A DNA stretch of 64,000 nt from Abditibacterium sp. GTDB lineage: Bacteria; Armatimonadota; Abditibacteriia; Abditibacteriales; Abditibacteriaceae. The notes under the pieces are model-generated. The model did no database searches. It was not told where the DNA came from and worked only from the letters and a program-made list of their open reading frames with translations. The position numbers were made by a program, and so were the translations under genes. How positions within the stretch are numbered: position 1 is the stretch's first letter; every line of letters begins with the position of its first letter. Below, in pieces: positions 18,755 to 28,624 of the stretch. The stretch lies in contig CBDASK010000003.1 of assembly GCA_965199495.1 (NCBI GenBank), positions 1,920,001 through 1,984,000 on the forward strand, given 5' to 3'.

Positions 18755-19468
18755 TCAGTCGCTCCAACCAGCCACGTCGCCGCGCGTGACGATGCCGATG
18801 AGTTCGCCACGGTCGTTGCCGCCGCTCGAAATCAATACGGTTTCCAAAAATGTGTCTTCGTGAAACCAATAGGCGATTTGAGTCACCGATAAATTGGGCG
18901 CGGCGAAGCGATAGTTTTTGCGTTTGGTTTCGCGCTCCAACACGTTTTTTACTGGCACATTCGCGTCGAAATTTTTGCCGTTCGATGTGAGTTCGGCGAG
19001 ATAACGCGCGATGCCGCGTTCGGTCAAAAGTCCGATGCAACGAGCGTCTTGGTAAATCGGAAAACGCCGGAATCCGCGCTTGACCATCGCGTTTAACGCG
19101 TCGCGCAAAGCGTCATCGGGCGCGAGGGTTAGAACTTCGCGCGTGAACTCGTCGCCCAATAATTTCGGCTGGATTAAACGGTTGCGAATTGCCTCGATTT
19201 CGCGGACGGCGCCTTCGCCGGGCACGGCGGGATAATCGAACGGACGAACTTTTTCGTGAATCAGAAAATTGCGCAACGACGCAAAAACGCGCAGCGTTTC
19301 GGCGTCGTGCCAATACGGATGGCGTTTGGCGAACAGATCAACCGCCGAACGAAAACTCTGCTCGGTGTTCAGTTGGCGCTGAATCCAATCGTCAATGGTA
19401 TTGTAGGCGGCGATGAAACGCTCGATGCGTTGAAGTTCGTCGGGCGAAGTCAAATCGGTTTCGGGCAT
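18755..19468 (-). CDS. CBS-domain protein
   Basis: FRRFPIY, IGLLTERGI, LIGIVTRGD; N-terminal LRNFLIHE helical region. Confidence 0.8.
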   Translation of the reverse strand: MPETDLTSPDELQRIERFIAAYNTIDDWIQRQLNTEQSFRSAVDLFAKRHPYWHDAETLRVFASLRNFLIHEKVRPFDYPAVPGEGAVREIEAIRNRLIQPKLLGDEFTREVLTLAPDDALRDALNAMVKRGFRRFPIYQDARCIGLLTERGIARYLAELTSNGKNFDANVPVKNVLERETKRKNYRFAAPNLSVTQIAYWFHEDTFLETVLISSGGNDRGELIGIVTRGDVAGWSD

Positions 19469-19489
19469 TAGTTTTAGTTTCGCCGATTG

Positions 19490-20314
19490 TTAGATCACGG
19501 CGCGCCAACCGCACAACCGATAAATTATCGCGCGTTGCGGGCGGCGCGCGTCGAACAAAACGGTGACGATTTGTTCGGGTTGCAAATTCCAGACTTGGCC
19601 GCCGACGGTTTGCGAGGCTTCGATTGTCCGTGTTTCGCCGCGCGCGTTATGAACGCGAAACCAGAATATCACGCGCCCGTTTTTGACTTCGACGACGAGG
19701 CCCGCCGTGGCTGCTCCGCGCTGCACCAACCGTTTGCCCGCGCGCGATTGCGGCAAAAAACCGGTCAACGCCAGCCCGCCGACGACCAGTAAAATCAAAC
19801 CGATTGGCCCCATAAACAAAATATGCAGCCACGGCGAGATGCCGTCTTCGAGAATTGGACGCAAACCGGGCGCAAAGGGAAAATAGCGCACTTTCGTTTC
19901 GCTTCCGTCGCGCAAACGCGTAAATGTCGCGCCGTTGACGGGCCATTCGCCGCTATATTTGGCCGCGCCGCCGACGGGCACGAACTCGAATTGCAACATA
20001 TACGATTGCGAATCACCATAGCGCGGGCTGCGACTGTTGGTAAGTTCGTGGTGCGTAATGGTGCCCGGCGTCGTGTTACCAAACGGCAAAATGAGCACGG
20101 CCAACCCGGCCCATAAACTCAGGAAAAATCCCAGCAGGAACATTCCCAGCAACGCGCAACCCAAAAATGGCGCGCCGATGCGCGCGCCACAACCCATTTT
20201 AGGCGCGCGCGAAACCGCGCGACGCGGCGGCGCTGAACGCAACTCGGCTTCGAGTTGCCAACGCGCCTCGACGGCGGCCCAATCGGTTTCTTCGGCGTTA
20301 AAGTCGGAGTTCAT
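19490..20314 (-). CDS. DUF3592-like membrane protein
   Basis: Two TM segments each followed by a beta domain ending in VRY.P or VTVLFDARRP. Confidence 0.6.
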   Translation of the reverse strand: MNSDFNAEETDWAAVEARWQLEAELRSAPPRRAVSRAPKMGCGARIGAPFLGCALLGMFLLGFFLSLWAGLAVLILPFGNTTPGTITHHELTNSRSPRYGDSQSYMLQFEFVPVGGAAKYSGEWPVNGATFTRLRDGSETKVRYFPFAPGLRPILEDGISPWLHILFMGPIGLILLVVGGLALTGFLPQSRAGKRLVQRGAATAGLVVEVKNGRVIFWFRVHNARGETRTIEASQTVGGQVWNLQPEQIVTVLFDARRPQRAIIYRLCGWRAVI

Positions 20315-20349
20315 GGAAGTCAAAAATTCTCTTTGCTGCGAACCGCGAG

Positions 20350-20462
20350 GAGGCTACACGTAGGGGCGGGGTTCTCCCGCCCAGAATATAACGCGTCTTC
20401 GCATGAATCGGGTTGGTGCATCCACAAAAGGGTGGGAGAACCCCGCCCCTACGTGTAGCCTC
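20350..20462. repeat. REPIN (GTAGGGGCGGGGTTCTCCCGCCC family)
   Basis: GAGGCTACACGTAGGGGCGGGGTTCTCCCGCCC and its near-perfect inverse. Confidence 0.85.
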
Positions 20463-20523
20463 TACGCTATGACGCGCCATAACGTGTTGTAATTGTGGCG
20501 CGCCGTTTGCCAAATGCGCGATT

Positions 20524-21231
20524 ATGTCGCTTTTCGAGGTGCCGACCGATGTCGAAACCAAATTACTGGAAGTTCACGCGCGATTGTGCGAAGTTTACGG
20601 TTGCCCGATTCCGCACTTTCACAATCTCGATCCGCTCGACGAATTGGTTTCGGCGCTATTGTCGCATCGCACCAAAAACGCCGATTCGGGCCGCGCGTTC
20701 AAACAGTTGCGCGAGCGGTTCGCGACGTGGCAAGACGTTTTAGACGCCGACGTGGCTGGTGTCGAAGCCGCGATTGCGCCCTGCACCTGGCCCGAGCAAA
20801 AAGCGCCGCGCCTTCAGGCGGTCTTGGCGCAGATCAAACGCGAGCGCGGCGAATTATCGTTGGACTTCATCGAGTCTCTCGATGTAGCCACGGCGCGGGC
20901 GTGGATGGAACAATTGCCCGGCGTCGGCCCCAAAACCAGCGCGGCGGTCTTGTGTTTTTCGCGGTTGCACCGGCGCGCCCTGCCGGTTGATTCGCACCAT
21001 CATCGCGTGGCGATTCGGTTGGGGATTATTCCGGCAAAGCTGGCCGTTGGCCCGTCGCACGCGGTTTTGGAAGCGATGCTGCCCGCCGAATGGGACGCGC
21101 AGCAGGTTTATGATAATCACGAAATTTTGATGTTGCACGGCCAAAAGATTTGCCATCATTTCAATCCACAGTGCGGCAAATGCGTGCTGCTGGATTTGTG
21201 TCCGACGGGACAAGCGGGACAACAACCGTAG
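20524..21231 (+). CDS. Endonuclease III-like HhH-GPD DNA glycosylase with 4Fe-4S motif
   Basis: LPGVGPKTS, PVDSHHHR, C-x6-C-x2-C-x5-C. Confidence 0.88.
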   Translation: MSLFEVPTDVETKLLEVHARLCEVYGCPIPHFHNLDPLDELVSALLSHRTKNADSGRAFKQLRERFATWQDVLDADVAGVEAAIAPCTWPEQKAPRLQAVLAQIKRERGELSLDFIESLDVATARAWMEQLPGVGPKTSAAVLCFSRLHRRALPVDSHHHRVAIRLGIIPAKLAVGPSHAVLEAMLPAEWDAQQVYDNHEILMLHGQKICHHFNPQCGKCVLLDLCPTGQAGQQP

Positions 21232-21329
21232 AGACGCCGATTTATCGCGTCTAAAAAGTCAAAATTCCCGCGCTACTTCGTCAGTTCATTCACGTTTTAG
21301 ACGCGATAAATCGGCGTCTCTACGGTTGT
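21222..21329. repeat. REPIN (GTAGAGACGCCGATTTATCGCGTCT family)
   Basis: Perfect ~35-bp inverted arms overlapping both flanking stop codons. Confidence 0.88.
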
Positions 21330-22189
21330 CTTTCCCCAAACGCTCGCATCGCTTCGGCGCGCATAACTTGCGCTGAAATTTCGCGCCCAGCGCACACGCG
21401 GGCGGCATAGACGTTGGTGTAAATCAGCATTCCCAAACCGTCCACGCCGCGCGCGCCGATGGCACGGGTTTCGCGCAAAAGTCGGGTTTCGAGCGGGTTG
21501 TAAACGATGTCGTAAACCGCGCAATCGGGGCGTAGCAGGTTTTGGCCCAGCGGCGTCGAATCTACGTTGGGCATCATGCCCAACGATGTCGTGTTAATCA
21601 ATAAATCGGCGCGCTCGCTGAATATTTTAATTTCATCGCGTTCGAGCGAACCAGCGCACGTTTTTACGCCGTGTTTTTCGACTTCGGCGGCGATAATTTG
21701 CGCGCGTTCGAGCGTGCGATTAAGAATCGTGATGCCGCTCACGCCCGCGTCCGCCAGAGTTAAGGCCAGCGAACGCGCCGCGCCGCCGCCGCCCAGAATC
21801 AACACGTTTCTACCGGCGACCTCGACGTTTTCTTCGCGCAAACTTTCCAGCATCGCCCAACCGTCGCTCGAATGGCCGACGATTGCGCCATCGTCGCGAA
21901 ATTCGAGCAAGTTCGCCGCGCCCATCAGTTGCGCCGACGAATGCAGTTCGTCGCACAACGACAAAACCGCTTCTTTATGCGGAATTGTCACCATCAAGCC
22001 CAAAAAACCCAACGCGCGCGCGCCGAAAACGGCGGTCGCGAGTTGCGAGGGCACAACCCGAAACGCGACGTTGACGAAATTGGAATCTTCGCCGAGGGCG
22101 CGCCAAGCCGCGTTTTGAATGCGCGGCGTCAGCGAATGCTCAATCGGATCGCCCAGAATAGCTAACGTGCGGGTGTGCGCAGAAATCAT
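21320..22189 (-). CDS. aroE: Shikimate dehydrogenase
   Basis: GDPIEHSLTP, VTIPHK, LGGGGAAR, NRTLERA, DIVYNP, DGLGML. Confidence 0.88.
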   Translation of the reverse strand: MISAHTRTLAILGDPIEHSLTPRIQNAAWRALGEDSNFVNVAFRVVPSQLATAVFGARALGFLGLMVTIPHKEAVLSLCDELHSSAQLMGAANLLEFRDDGAIVGHSSDGWAMLESLREENVEVAGRNVLILGGGGAARSLALTLADAGVSGITILNRTLERAQIIAAEVEKHGVKTCAGSLERDEIKIFSERADLLINTTSLGMMPNVDSTPLGQNLLRPDCAVYDIVYNPLETRLLRETRAIGARGVDGLGMLIYTNVYAARVCAGREISAQVMRAEAMRAFGERQP

Positions 22190-22226
22190 CGCGCCTTAGT
22201 TTAATATCGGATGTCAGAATTCGATA

Positions 22227-23393
22227 TTAAAACTTTCCATTCAACTGTTCGCGCCAGAACAAACGTTGATAATTGGCCAGCCAATTACCCGCGATTTGGT
22301 CGGCGCTCAATTTAAACAATTTCGCATCGGCGCCCGAAACCGTCGCCAACGTTTGGCCGCGCGCGACTAAAGCGCCGTTTTTGGCGCTCATTTCCCACGC
22401 TTTCAAACCGTCGCGTAGCAGCGCGTTAGTGCGCGTGGCTGCTTGATCGGCGCGGGCTTTGGCGTCGGGCGCGTTCGCCAATTCGAGCAGCGTCACTTCG
22501 CCCAGCGTCACGTTCCATTGGCCATCTTTCTGAGCAGCCACGGCCTGCAAAGCGCCCGCGACTTCGCGGGGCGCGAAATCAATGCCTTCGGCTTTCATTT
22601 CGGCGAGCGCGGCCTGAGCGCGCTCTTCCGAGGGCGGGTGCGTCTGAAAAATGCCCAGCATGACTTGGGGCGCACGCTGTTCTTGCAATTCTAAACGCTC
22701 CATGAAAGTCACCATCGCCGACGGGTTATATCCGGCTTTTTCCATCATCGGAATCGCGGCTTTGTCGGCCTCTTTCTCGAAACCGACGCCGTAACCGTTC
22801 ATAATTCCGACCAACAAATACTGCGAAAACTGCGCGATATTGGCGCCGTTGCTGGCCTCGCCCGTATTGCGATTGCTGCCGCCGCCCACCATCATTCCGG
22901 CCAACGCCAATAAATTCACCCAACCGAATTTTTTGTTGAGTTTGGCGCCGCGCAACGCGTGCATACGCACGTTATGCCCGATTTCGTGGGCCAAAACTCC
23001 GGCGATTTCGTCGTCGGATGAAGTCATGTCGAGCAGACCGCGATACACGTAAATTCTGCCGCCGGGCAAAGTGAACGCGTTAACATCTTTGTCTTCGATG
23101 ACTTTGACCGTGTAGGGAACATCGGGCCGGGGCGAAACGGCGCCCAATTTCTTCGCCATTCCATTGAGTTTGTCGAGCGTAATTTTCGCGGCGAGCGACG
23201 ATTTGGCGTCGAGCAACTTAACTTTCGGGTTCTTTTCCAGGTCGGCGGCGGCTTCGTCGCCCTGCTTGATTTCGGTCGGCGTAGCTCCGCGCGGCGGATT
23301 GTCGGCGTCAATTTCATCGGCGCGCGCCGCAGAAGCCGCGATTGTCAGAGAAAGCGCGAGGGCGAGCAGAGCGCGAGAAAGAGGGCGTTTCAT
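22227..23393 (-). CDS. Secreted M48-family metalloprotease
   Basis: Signal peptide from MKRPLSR; NAFTLPGG, HEIGH, EKEAD, THPPSEER. Confidence 0.9.
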   Translation of the reverse strand: MKRPLSRALLALALSLTIAASAARADEIDADNPPRGATPTEIKQGDEAAADLEKNPKVKLLDAKSSLAAKITLDKLNGMAKKLGAVSPRPDVPYTVKVIEDKDVNAFTLPGGRIYVYRGLLDMTSSDDEIAGVLAHEIGHNVRMHALRGAKLNKKFGWVNLLALAGMMVGGGSNRNTGEASNGANIAQFSQYLLVGIMNGYGVGFEKEADKAAIPMMEKAGYNPSAMVTFMERLELQEQRAPQVMLGIFQTHPPSEERAQAALAEMKAEGIDFAPREVAGALQAVAAQKDGQWNVTLGEVTLLELANAPDAKARADQAATRTNALLRDGLKAWEMSAKNGALVARGQTLATVSGADAKLFKLSADQIAGNWLANYQRLFWREQLNGKF

Positions 23394-23480
23394 GGGCGAG
23401 AGTAAGGATTGGACGCTTTTGCCCGCGATTCGATGCCCTTTGTGTCGCGAATGAACGCGAATTTGCGTCGGAGCGCCCAA

Positions 23481-23708
23481 TTAACGCTCGGATTTCCATG
23501 CAGCCACGGCCACTCGATTGTGGTTTAAATCTTGGACAATTATAGGTGCCGGTGTTTCAATCAACGTCTGCGAAACGGTAGTAGGATAGCGTTGCGTGAC
23601 CCGGTGCGCCGAGATTGTCACCGCCGCCGACGTGAAGGCGACCAACGCCAGACTGAGGCCCAGCATCGGCCAAACCGGCAGAGGAAGTGGAGAAACGGAA
23701 GTGTTCAT
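23481..23708 (-). CDS. Small hypothetical membrane protein
   Basis: 75 aa with one hydrophobic segment; fills the gap between same-strand genes. Confidence 0.45.
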   Translation of the reverse strand: MNTSVSPLPLPVWPMLGLSLALVAFTSAAVTISAHRVTQRYPTTVSQTLIETPAPIIVQDLNHNRVAVAAWKSER

Positions 23709-23867
23709 AACGACAGCTTCAAACTTGGCTTTGAAGCTACCGCGCAGTATTTAACACAAATTTTGCCGAATTGTTACCGCTCTTTTGTGCGCAAGTTAAA
23801 TTTCGCGCGCCATTGTTTGTTGAAGTAATGAGCGCAAATCTTTTTTATCGGCGCACGGATTCGCCGC

Positions 23868-25337
23868 TCAAACCGCGCCGCTCCGCCGGTTGCGAATCGC
23901 GTGCTGATAGACGTTTTCATATTCGCGCGCCGAATCGCTCCACAAAAACTCCTGCGCCATCGCGTTGCGGCGCATTTGCGTGATATGCGCGGGCCGGTCA
24001 TACCACGTCGAAACCGCCCAGCCCATGCAATAATAGAGCGCCGCCGCGCTCGAATCCCAGAATTTAAAGCCCGTGCCCGCCCCGGTGGCTTCATCGTAGT
24101 TGTGAACCGTATCGTCCAAACCGCCCGTCGCGCGCACGATGGGGAGCGTGCCGTAACGCATTGAATAGGATTGGTTCAATCCACACGGTTCATACAAAGA
24201 AGGCATCAAGAAAAAGTCGCTGCCCGCCTCGATTAAATGGGATTCTTCAACCGAAAAACCGATATAGCTGCCGACGCGGCCCGGATAACGCCGCGTCAAA
24301 TCGTGAAATAAATCTTCGATTTCGCTTTCGCCCGTGCCCAGAACGACGAGTTGCATCGCCATGTTTTCGATGGCACCGGGCAACGCATCGCGCAGCAAAT
24401 CGAAGCCTTTTTGCGCCGCGAAACGGCTGACGATGCCAAACAACGGCACGCGCGGCGCGAAATCTAAACCGAATTTTTCCTGTAACGCTGCCTTGCAAAT
24501 CGCCTTACCGCCCATGTCGTCGGCGCTGTAATTGGCCGGAATGAAACGGTCGGTTTCGGGGTTCCAATCGTCGTAATCCACGCCGTTGAGAATGCCCGAC
24601 AGATCGCCGCGCCGATTGTTCAAATAAGGCGCCAGACCCATGCCGCCACTTGGATCCAAAAGTTCGCGCGCGTGCGTCGGACTCACCGTTGTAATCCCGT
24701 CGGCGAAGTGAATGCCGCCTTTGAGCATATTGATTTGGCCGTGCGCCTCGAAAATATCGGGCTGATACAGTTCGCCGCTCAAGCCCCAATACTTCATGGC
24801 ATCGGCGCCGAAAACGCCGGGATAACCGATGTTGTGAATTGTCAAAACCGACGCCGTTTGCGAGAGGGGCGAAAAAGTCCGATCCCACGTTTTCAAGAAA
24901 GCCGCGCCCAACGCGCTCGACCAATCGTGCAGGTGCATCACGTCGGGAATCCAATTCTCGTCTTTGCAAATTTGCATCGCCGCCTTGGGCAACAGCGCGA
25001 AACGATAAGCGTTGTCGGCGAATTCTTTCGGGTCGCCGTAAATGCCGCCGCGCCCGTAAAATCGGTCGAATTCGATGAAAATCACCGGCACATCTTCGTT
25101 CAACTGACCGCGCCAGATGCCGACCCAATTTTCTTCGCCGTCGCCCATGTGAACACACGCTTGCCCGACCGGCGTAATATCGAATTTGGCGCGGTTAATC
25201 GAGCTATAAAGCGGCAAAAAGACGCGCACGTCATGGCCCATCTGGGCCAGAGCTTTGGGCAGGGCGCCCACAACATCGCCCAATCCGCCAGTTTTGGCGA
25301 ACGGCGCGCACTCGGCGGAAACAAACGCAATTTTCAT
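23868..25337 (-). CDS. glgA: Glycogen synthase (GT5)
   Basis: KTGGLGDV, HLHDW, TIHNIGY, MPSLYEPCGL, ATGGLDDTV. Confidence 0.95.
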   Translation of the reverse strand: MKIAFVSAECAPFAKTGGLGDVVGALPKALAQMGHDVRVFLPLYSSINRAKFDITPVGQACVHMGDGEENWVGIWRGQLNEDVPVIFIEFDRFYGRGGIYGDPKEFADNAYRFALLPKAAMQICKDENWIPDVMHLHDWSSALGAAFLKTWDRTFSPLSQTASVLTIHNIGYPGVFGADAMKYWGLSGELYQPDIFEAHGQINMLKGGIHFADGITTVSPTHARELLDPSGGMGLAPYLNNRRGDLSGILNGVDYDDWNPETDRFIPANYSADDMGGKAICKAALQEKFGLDFAPRVPLFGIVSRFAAQKGFDLLRDALPGAIENMAMQLVVLGTGESEIEDLFHDLTRRYPGRVGSYIGFSVEESHLIEAGSDFFLMPSLYEPCGLNQSYSMRYGTLPIVRATGGLDDTVHNYDEATGAGTGFKFWDSSAAALYYCMGWAVSTWYDRPAHITQMRRNAMAQEFLWSDSAREYENVYQHAIRNRRSGAV

Positions 25338-25814
25338 GTGTAGAGAAATTTATCACATCAGCCAATTTTGCACGCACTGTAAGAGAATCCTCTTTGTTGG
25401 CCAAATTCTTCTTCGTGCCGAGTGCCCCAAAATTTATCGTGTTCAACATACCGCAATTTATCAGGTATTTAGAAGCCGTTGAAATTTATCGCAGGCGACG
25501 TTCCGACCTGAAAAAGAGCGACCGACTTGACTTACAGGTTACTCCACCAACGCGACATGGCACCAAATCCCGCGATTCCGTGCATCAGCGAACACTGAGG
25601 CGCGCCCTGGCGATACTGATGCAAGACGCCATTGGTGCCGCTTGGATGTTAGAACTGTTGAACCTTGACCGCTTCCGCATATCGTCATATTTTCAGCACA
25701 CGTTGCGCCCGCAAATCCTCGCCAGAATGACTCCATTCCCCATCCGTCACTGCTGCTTTGATGAATTGAGTTTCACGAAATTTATTCCGCCTGACTGCTT
25801 ATTTTTTTAGCTTT

Positions 25815-27503
25815 ATGACTTCAAATCTCGCCTCTTCTACACCTTCGCCGGTTCGATTTTCGTCGCGTGATGGGGCGGTGTTTGGGCTGTTGCTGCTGGT
25901 CGTTCTGGCGTTGGCCTGGAACTTTCTGGGCGCAAAGAGACTGCCTTTTGAAGATGCGGCGATGCTGATGCGCTACGCCGAAAACTTGGCGCAGGGGCAT
26001 GGCATTGTGTGGAACGTCGGGGAAAAACCGGTGGACGGCGCGACCGACTTTTTGTTTTTGTTGGCGCTGGCGGGTGTTCGCAAAATTGGTTTTTCATTGG
26101 AAAGCGCGGTGATTTTTATCGGTGTGGCGTCGCATTTAATAACGACATTTTTGGTTTATTGCGGCGCGCGCTTCACCGGCAAAACCAATCGCGTTGTGGC
26201 GTGTGTTGCGGCTTTGAGTTTCGCCTTCGGATCGGGTTTATTCTTGGTCAAAATGTTTTTTGGCACGCCGTTTTTCGCGCTATTTTGCTCGTTGTCGTGG
26301 GCGATTGCGTTGGTTTTATATGGGCGGCGCGACGATAGTAAGCGCGATGGCGCGTGGAACTTCGCGTTCGCGACATCTTGTTTATTAATGGCGCTGACGC
26401 GACCCGAAGGCGTGCTCATGGCGGTTTTTATGTTGGCGTCGTTGCTGATATTGCGCCCGCGAAAACAGAACTGGGCGCTGATTGGCGTTTTTACCGCGTT
26501 GTTTGTGGTGGCGGGTGGCGCCTACTTCGCATGGCACTGGCAGGTTTTTGAACATCCGCTCCCCAACCCTTATTACAAAAAAGGCGGCGGGCGGTTTTAT
26601 CCCTTTTCTTTGCTCGCCAGTTGGCAAAATAGTTTCGCGTTCGGGCAGATTTTCGCGCCGATTTTCGTGCTGGGGTTACTCGTGCCTTCGGCGCGTCGTT
26701 TCACGGTGTTTTGCTGTGTTCCGCTGATTTTTTTCGCGTCCGTATGGGTTTTGCTCTCGAACGAAATGAACAGTTTGGCCCGCTTTCAATACGCGCAATT
26801 TCCGATCTTCTGTTTGTCTTGGCCGCTCATTTTGCAAAAAATCGCGGTGTTTCCGGCCATCGAGAAAATCGCGCGGCGCAAGCGATTGATGTGGCCCTTG
26901 GGTTTGATGAGCTTGTGTCTTTTGGGCGTGAGTGCGTGGCAGCGAATTCTCATTTTTGAGTCCCGAACGGATGGGATGCTGTCTCAATATCCAAATTACG
27001 AAGCGGCACGCATTCTGGCTCCTTTCGCGGGGCGCGGCTACACATTGGCGACAACCGAAGCGGGTATTATTCCGCTTTACAGTGGCTGGCGTAGCGTGGA
27101 TTTATGGGGCCTCAATGACGCGTGGATCGCGCACAACGGCGGCGTGACGGAGTCCTATTTGGCGCAAGTCCATCCGCAAGTCATCCTCATACACGCGCCC
27201 TACGACGCGCGCCAGGCGCCCCATGCGCCGCCCAAATTAACGTGGAATCCAGCGCGCTATCCATTGGGATATGGCTGGTTTGCAATGTGCCGCACGACGA
27301 CTGAATTCGCACAGAAAAACGGATTTCGTTTGGCCGCTCTCTACAACAGCGCCGGAGATGATTATGGATTTTATTTGTGGGTCGCACCGAATTTTCGGGA
27401 TAGCCTCGCCATCGAAAGGGAATTGCATCAATACCTCAATAATTCGATGAATCGCAACGTACTGGCAAAAACAACCCGCGTTTCGGCAACTTCGGGAAAA
27501 TAG
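25815..27503 (+). CDS. Polytopic membrane glycosyltransferase-like (GT-C-type) protein
   Basis: EDAAMLMRYAENLAQGHGIVWN.GE.PVDG, LTRPEG, PLPNPYYKK, DLWGLND. Confidence 0.7.
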   Translation: MTSNLASSTPSPVRFSSRDGAVFGLLLLVVLALAWNFLGAKRLPFEDAAMLMRYAENLAQGHGIVWNVGEKPVDGATDFLFLLALAGVRKIGFSLESAVIFIGVASHLITTFLVYCGARFTGKTNRVVACVAALSFAFGSGLFLVKMFFGTPFFALFCSLSWAIALVLYGRRDDSKRDGAWNFAFATSCLLMALTRPEGVLMAVFMLASLLILRPRKQNWALIGVFTALFVVAGGAYFAWHWQVFEHPLPNPYYKKGGGRFYPFSLLASWQNSFAFGQIFAPIFVLGLLVPSARRFTVFCCVPLIFFASVWVLLSNEMNSLARFQYAQFPIFCLSWPLILQKIAVFPAIEKIARRKRLMWPLGLMSLCLLGVSAWQRILIFESRTDGMLSQYPNYEAARILAPFAGRGYTLATTEAGIIPLYSGWRSVDLWGLNDAWIAHNGGVTESYLAQVHPQVILIHAPYDARQAPHAPPKLTWNPARYPLGYGWFAMCRTTTEFAQKNGFRLAALYNSAGDDYGFYLWVAPNFRDSLAIERELHQYLNNSMNRNVLAKTTRVSATSGK

Positions 27504-27559
27504 ATGCGAGCGCGTGGTGTCACGCCGCTCCAATAGATTTCTGGCATAAATCATCTCGC

Positions 27560-27728
27560 ATAATTTTGCTGTGCGCCAACAAAAATGAGGCCATCGTGCG
27601 CTATATTTTAGGAACAAATTTTAGCCTCGCGCTACGCGCTGCAACTGCCCACCGAATCCGAATCCGAGGCGGCTTGGAGCGAAAAGTTGCGCCGCGAAAA
27701 CGCGTTGTGGGCGCTCGACGAAAAATAA
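27560..27728 (+). pseudogene. Frameshifted C-terminal remnant of a YhcG/DUF1016 (PDDEXK) gene
   Basis: ILLCANKNEAIVRYIL, then in another frame EQILASRYALQLPTE...DEK*. Confidence 0.6.
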
Positions 27729-27774
27729 AACGCCCGTTGCAAAAGCAACGAGCGTTTTAATCGAAATCCGAAAC

Positions 27775-28482
27775 CTAATTGCGTCCACCTAAAATGCGCA
27801 GCAACGACAAAAAGATATTATAGAACGAGATGAACAATCCGAGCGCCGCTCCGGCGGGGCGGTCGAGCGGGTAACGCTGCATGATGTTCGAGGTGTCGTA
27901 AAGCACGAAACCCGCCGAAAACATCAAAACGCCCCACGAAATCCAATACGAGAAATCGGAGTTCTTGAACAAAAACAGATTCAGCAAACCGGCGCCGATC
28001 AGTGAAACGAAACCGACGACCAAAATGCCGCCCATGAAGCTGAAATCTTTGCGCGTCAGAAAAACATAAGCCGTCAGCACGCTAAAAATTAGCACCGTGA
28101 GCGCGGCGGCTTGCTGCACGATGGCGGGCGCGTAGGCAGCCACGACGGGCGCGATGATAATGCCCATGATTATTGTGAAGCCAAAAAGTGCGGCGTAGCT
28201 GACCGATTTGTTGGGGCTGTGCGACAAAACGCCCGCGCCAATCGAGAGCGGCAAAAGCGCCAGCATTGACCACGGGAAAAGTCCGACGACGACATTTTGA
28301 ATCGGCGAATTGAGGCATAGAATGCCGCCGAAAATCGAGGTGACGATACCCGCTAAAAACAGCACGTAAGTCAATCGCACGAAATCCAAACGCGCTTCGG
28401 TCGAGGCTTCGGACGCCATTTTGATGTGCGTCGAAGACTGAAAGGCGCCGGGGTTTTGATTGTTACCGTAAGGTGAATTCAT
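27775..28482 (-). CDS. Bax inhibitor-1/YccA-family membrane protein
   Basis: TRKDFSFMGG, FVLYDTSNI, LFISFYNIFLSLLRILG. Confidence 0.9.
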   Translation of the reverse strand: MNSPYGNNQNPGAFQSSTHIKMASEASTEARLDFVRLTYVLFLAGIVTSIFGGILCLNSPIQNVVVGLFPWSMLALLPLSIGAGVLSHSPNKSVSYAALFGFTIIMGIIIAPVVAAYAPAIVQQAAALTVLIFSVLTAYVFLTRKDFSFMGGILVVGFVSLIGAGLLNLFLFKNSDFSYWISWGVLMFSAGFVLYDTSNIMQRYPLDRPAGAALGLFISFYNIFLSLLRILGGRN

Positions 28483-28624
28483 TTTGTTCCTTTGTTTTAT
28501 ATCCGAAGGCACCTCCAAAGGGGCGCCCTTCGATAATTCTACTTAATTTCAAACGAATGTTAGCCGCCCACGCGCCACAAAAAGCGTGAGCGCGGCGGCG
28601 TGGCTGGAGTTGGCGGCGACTTAC

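Noticed and set aside
25540..25750. Possible degenerate IS5-type transposase N-terminus on the minus strand (VTDGEW...NGVLHQYRQG)
   Set aside because: Similarity is too weak and interrupted by stops to support by eye; needs blastx
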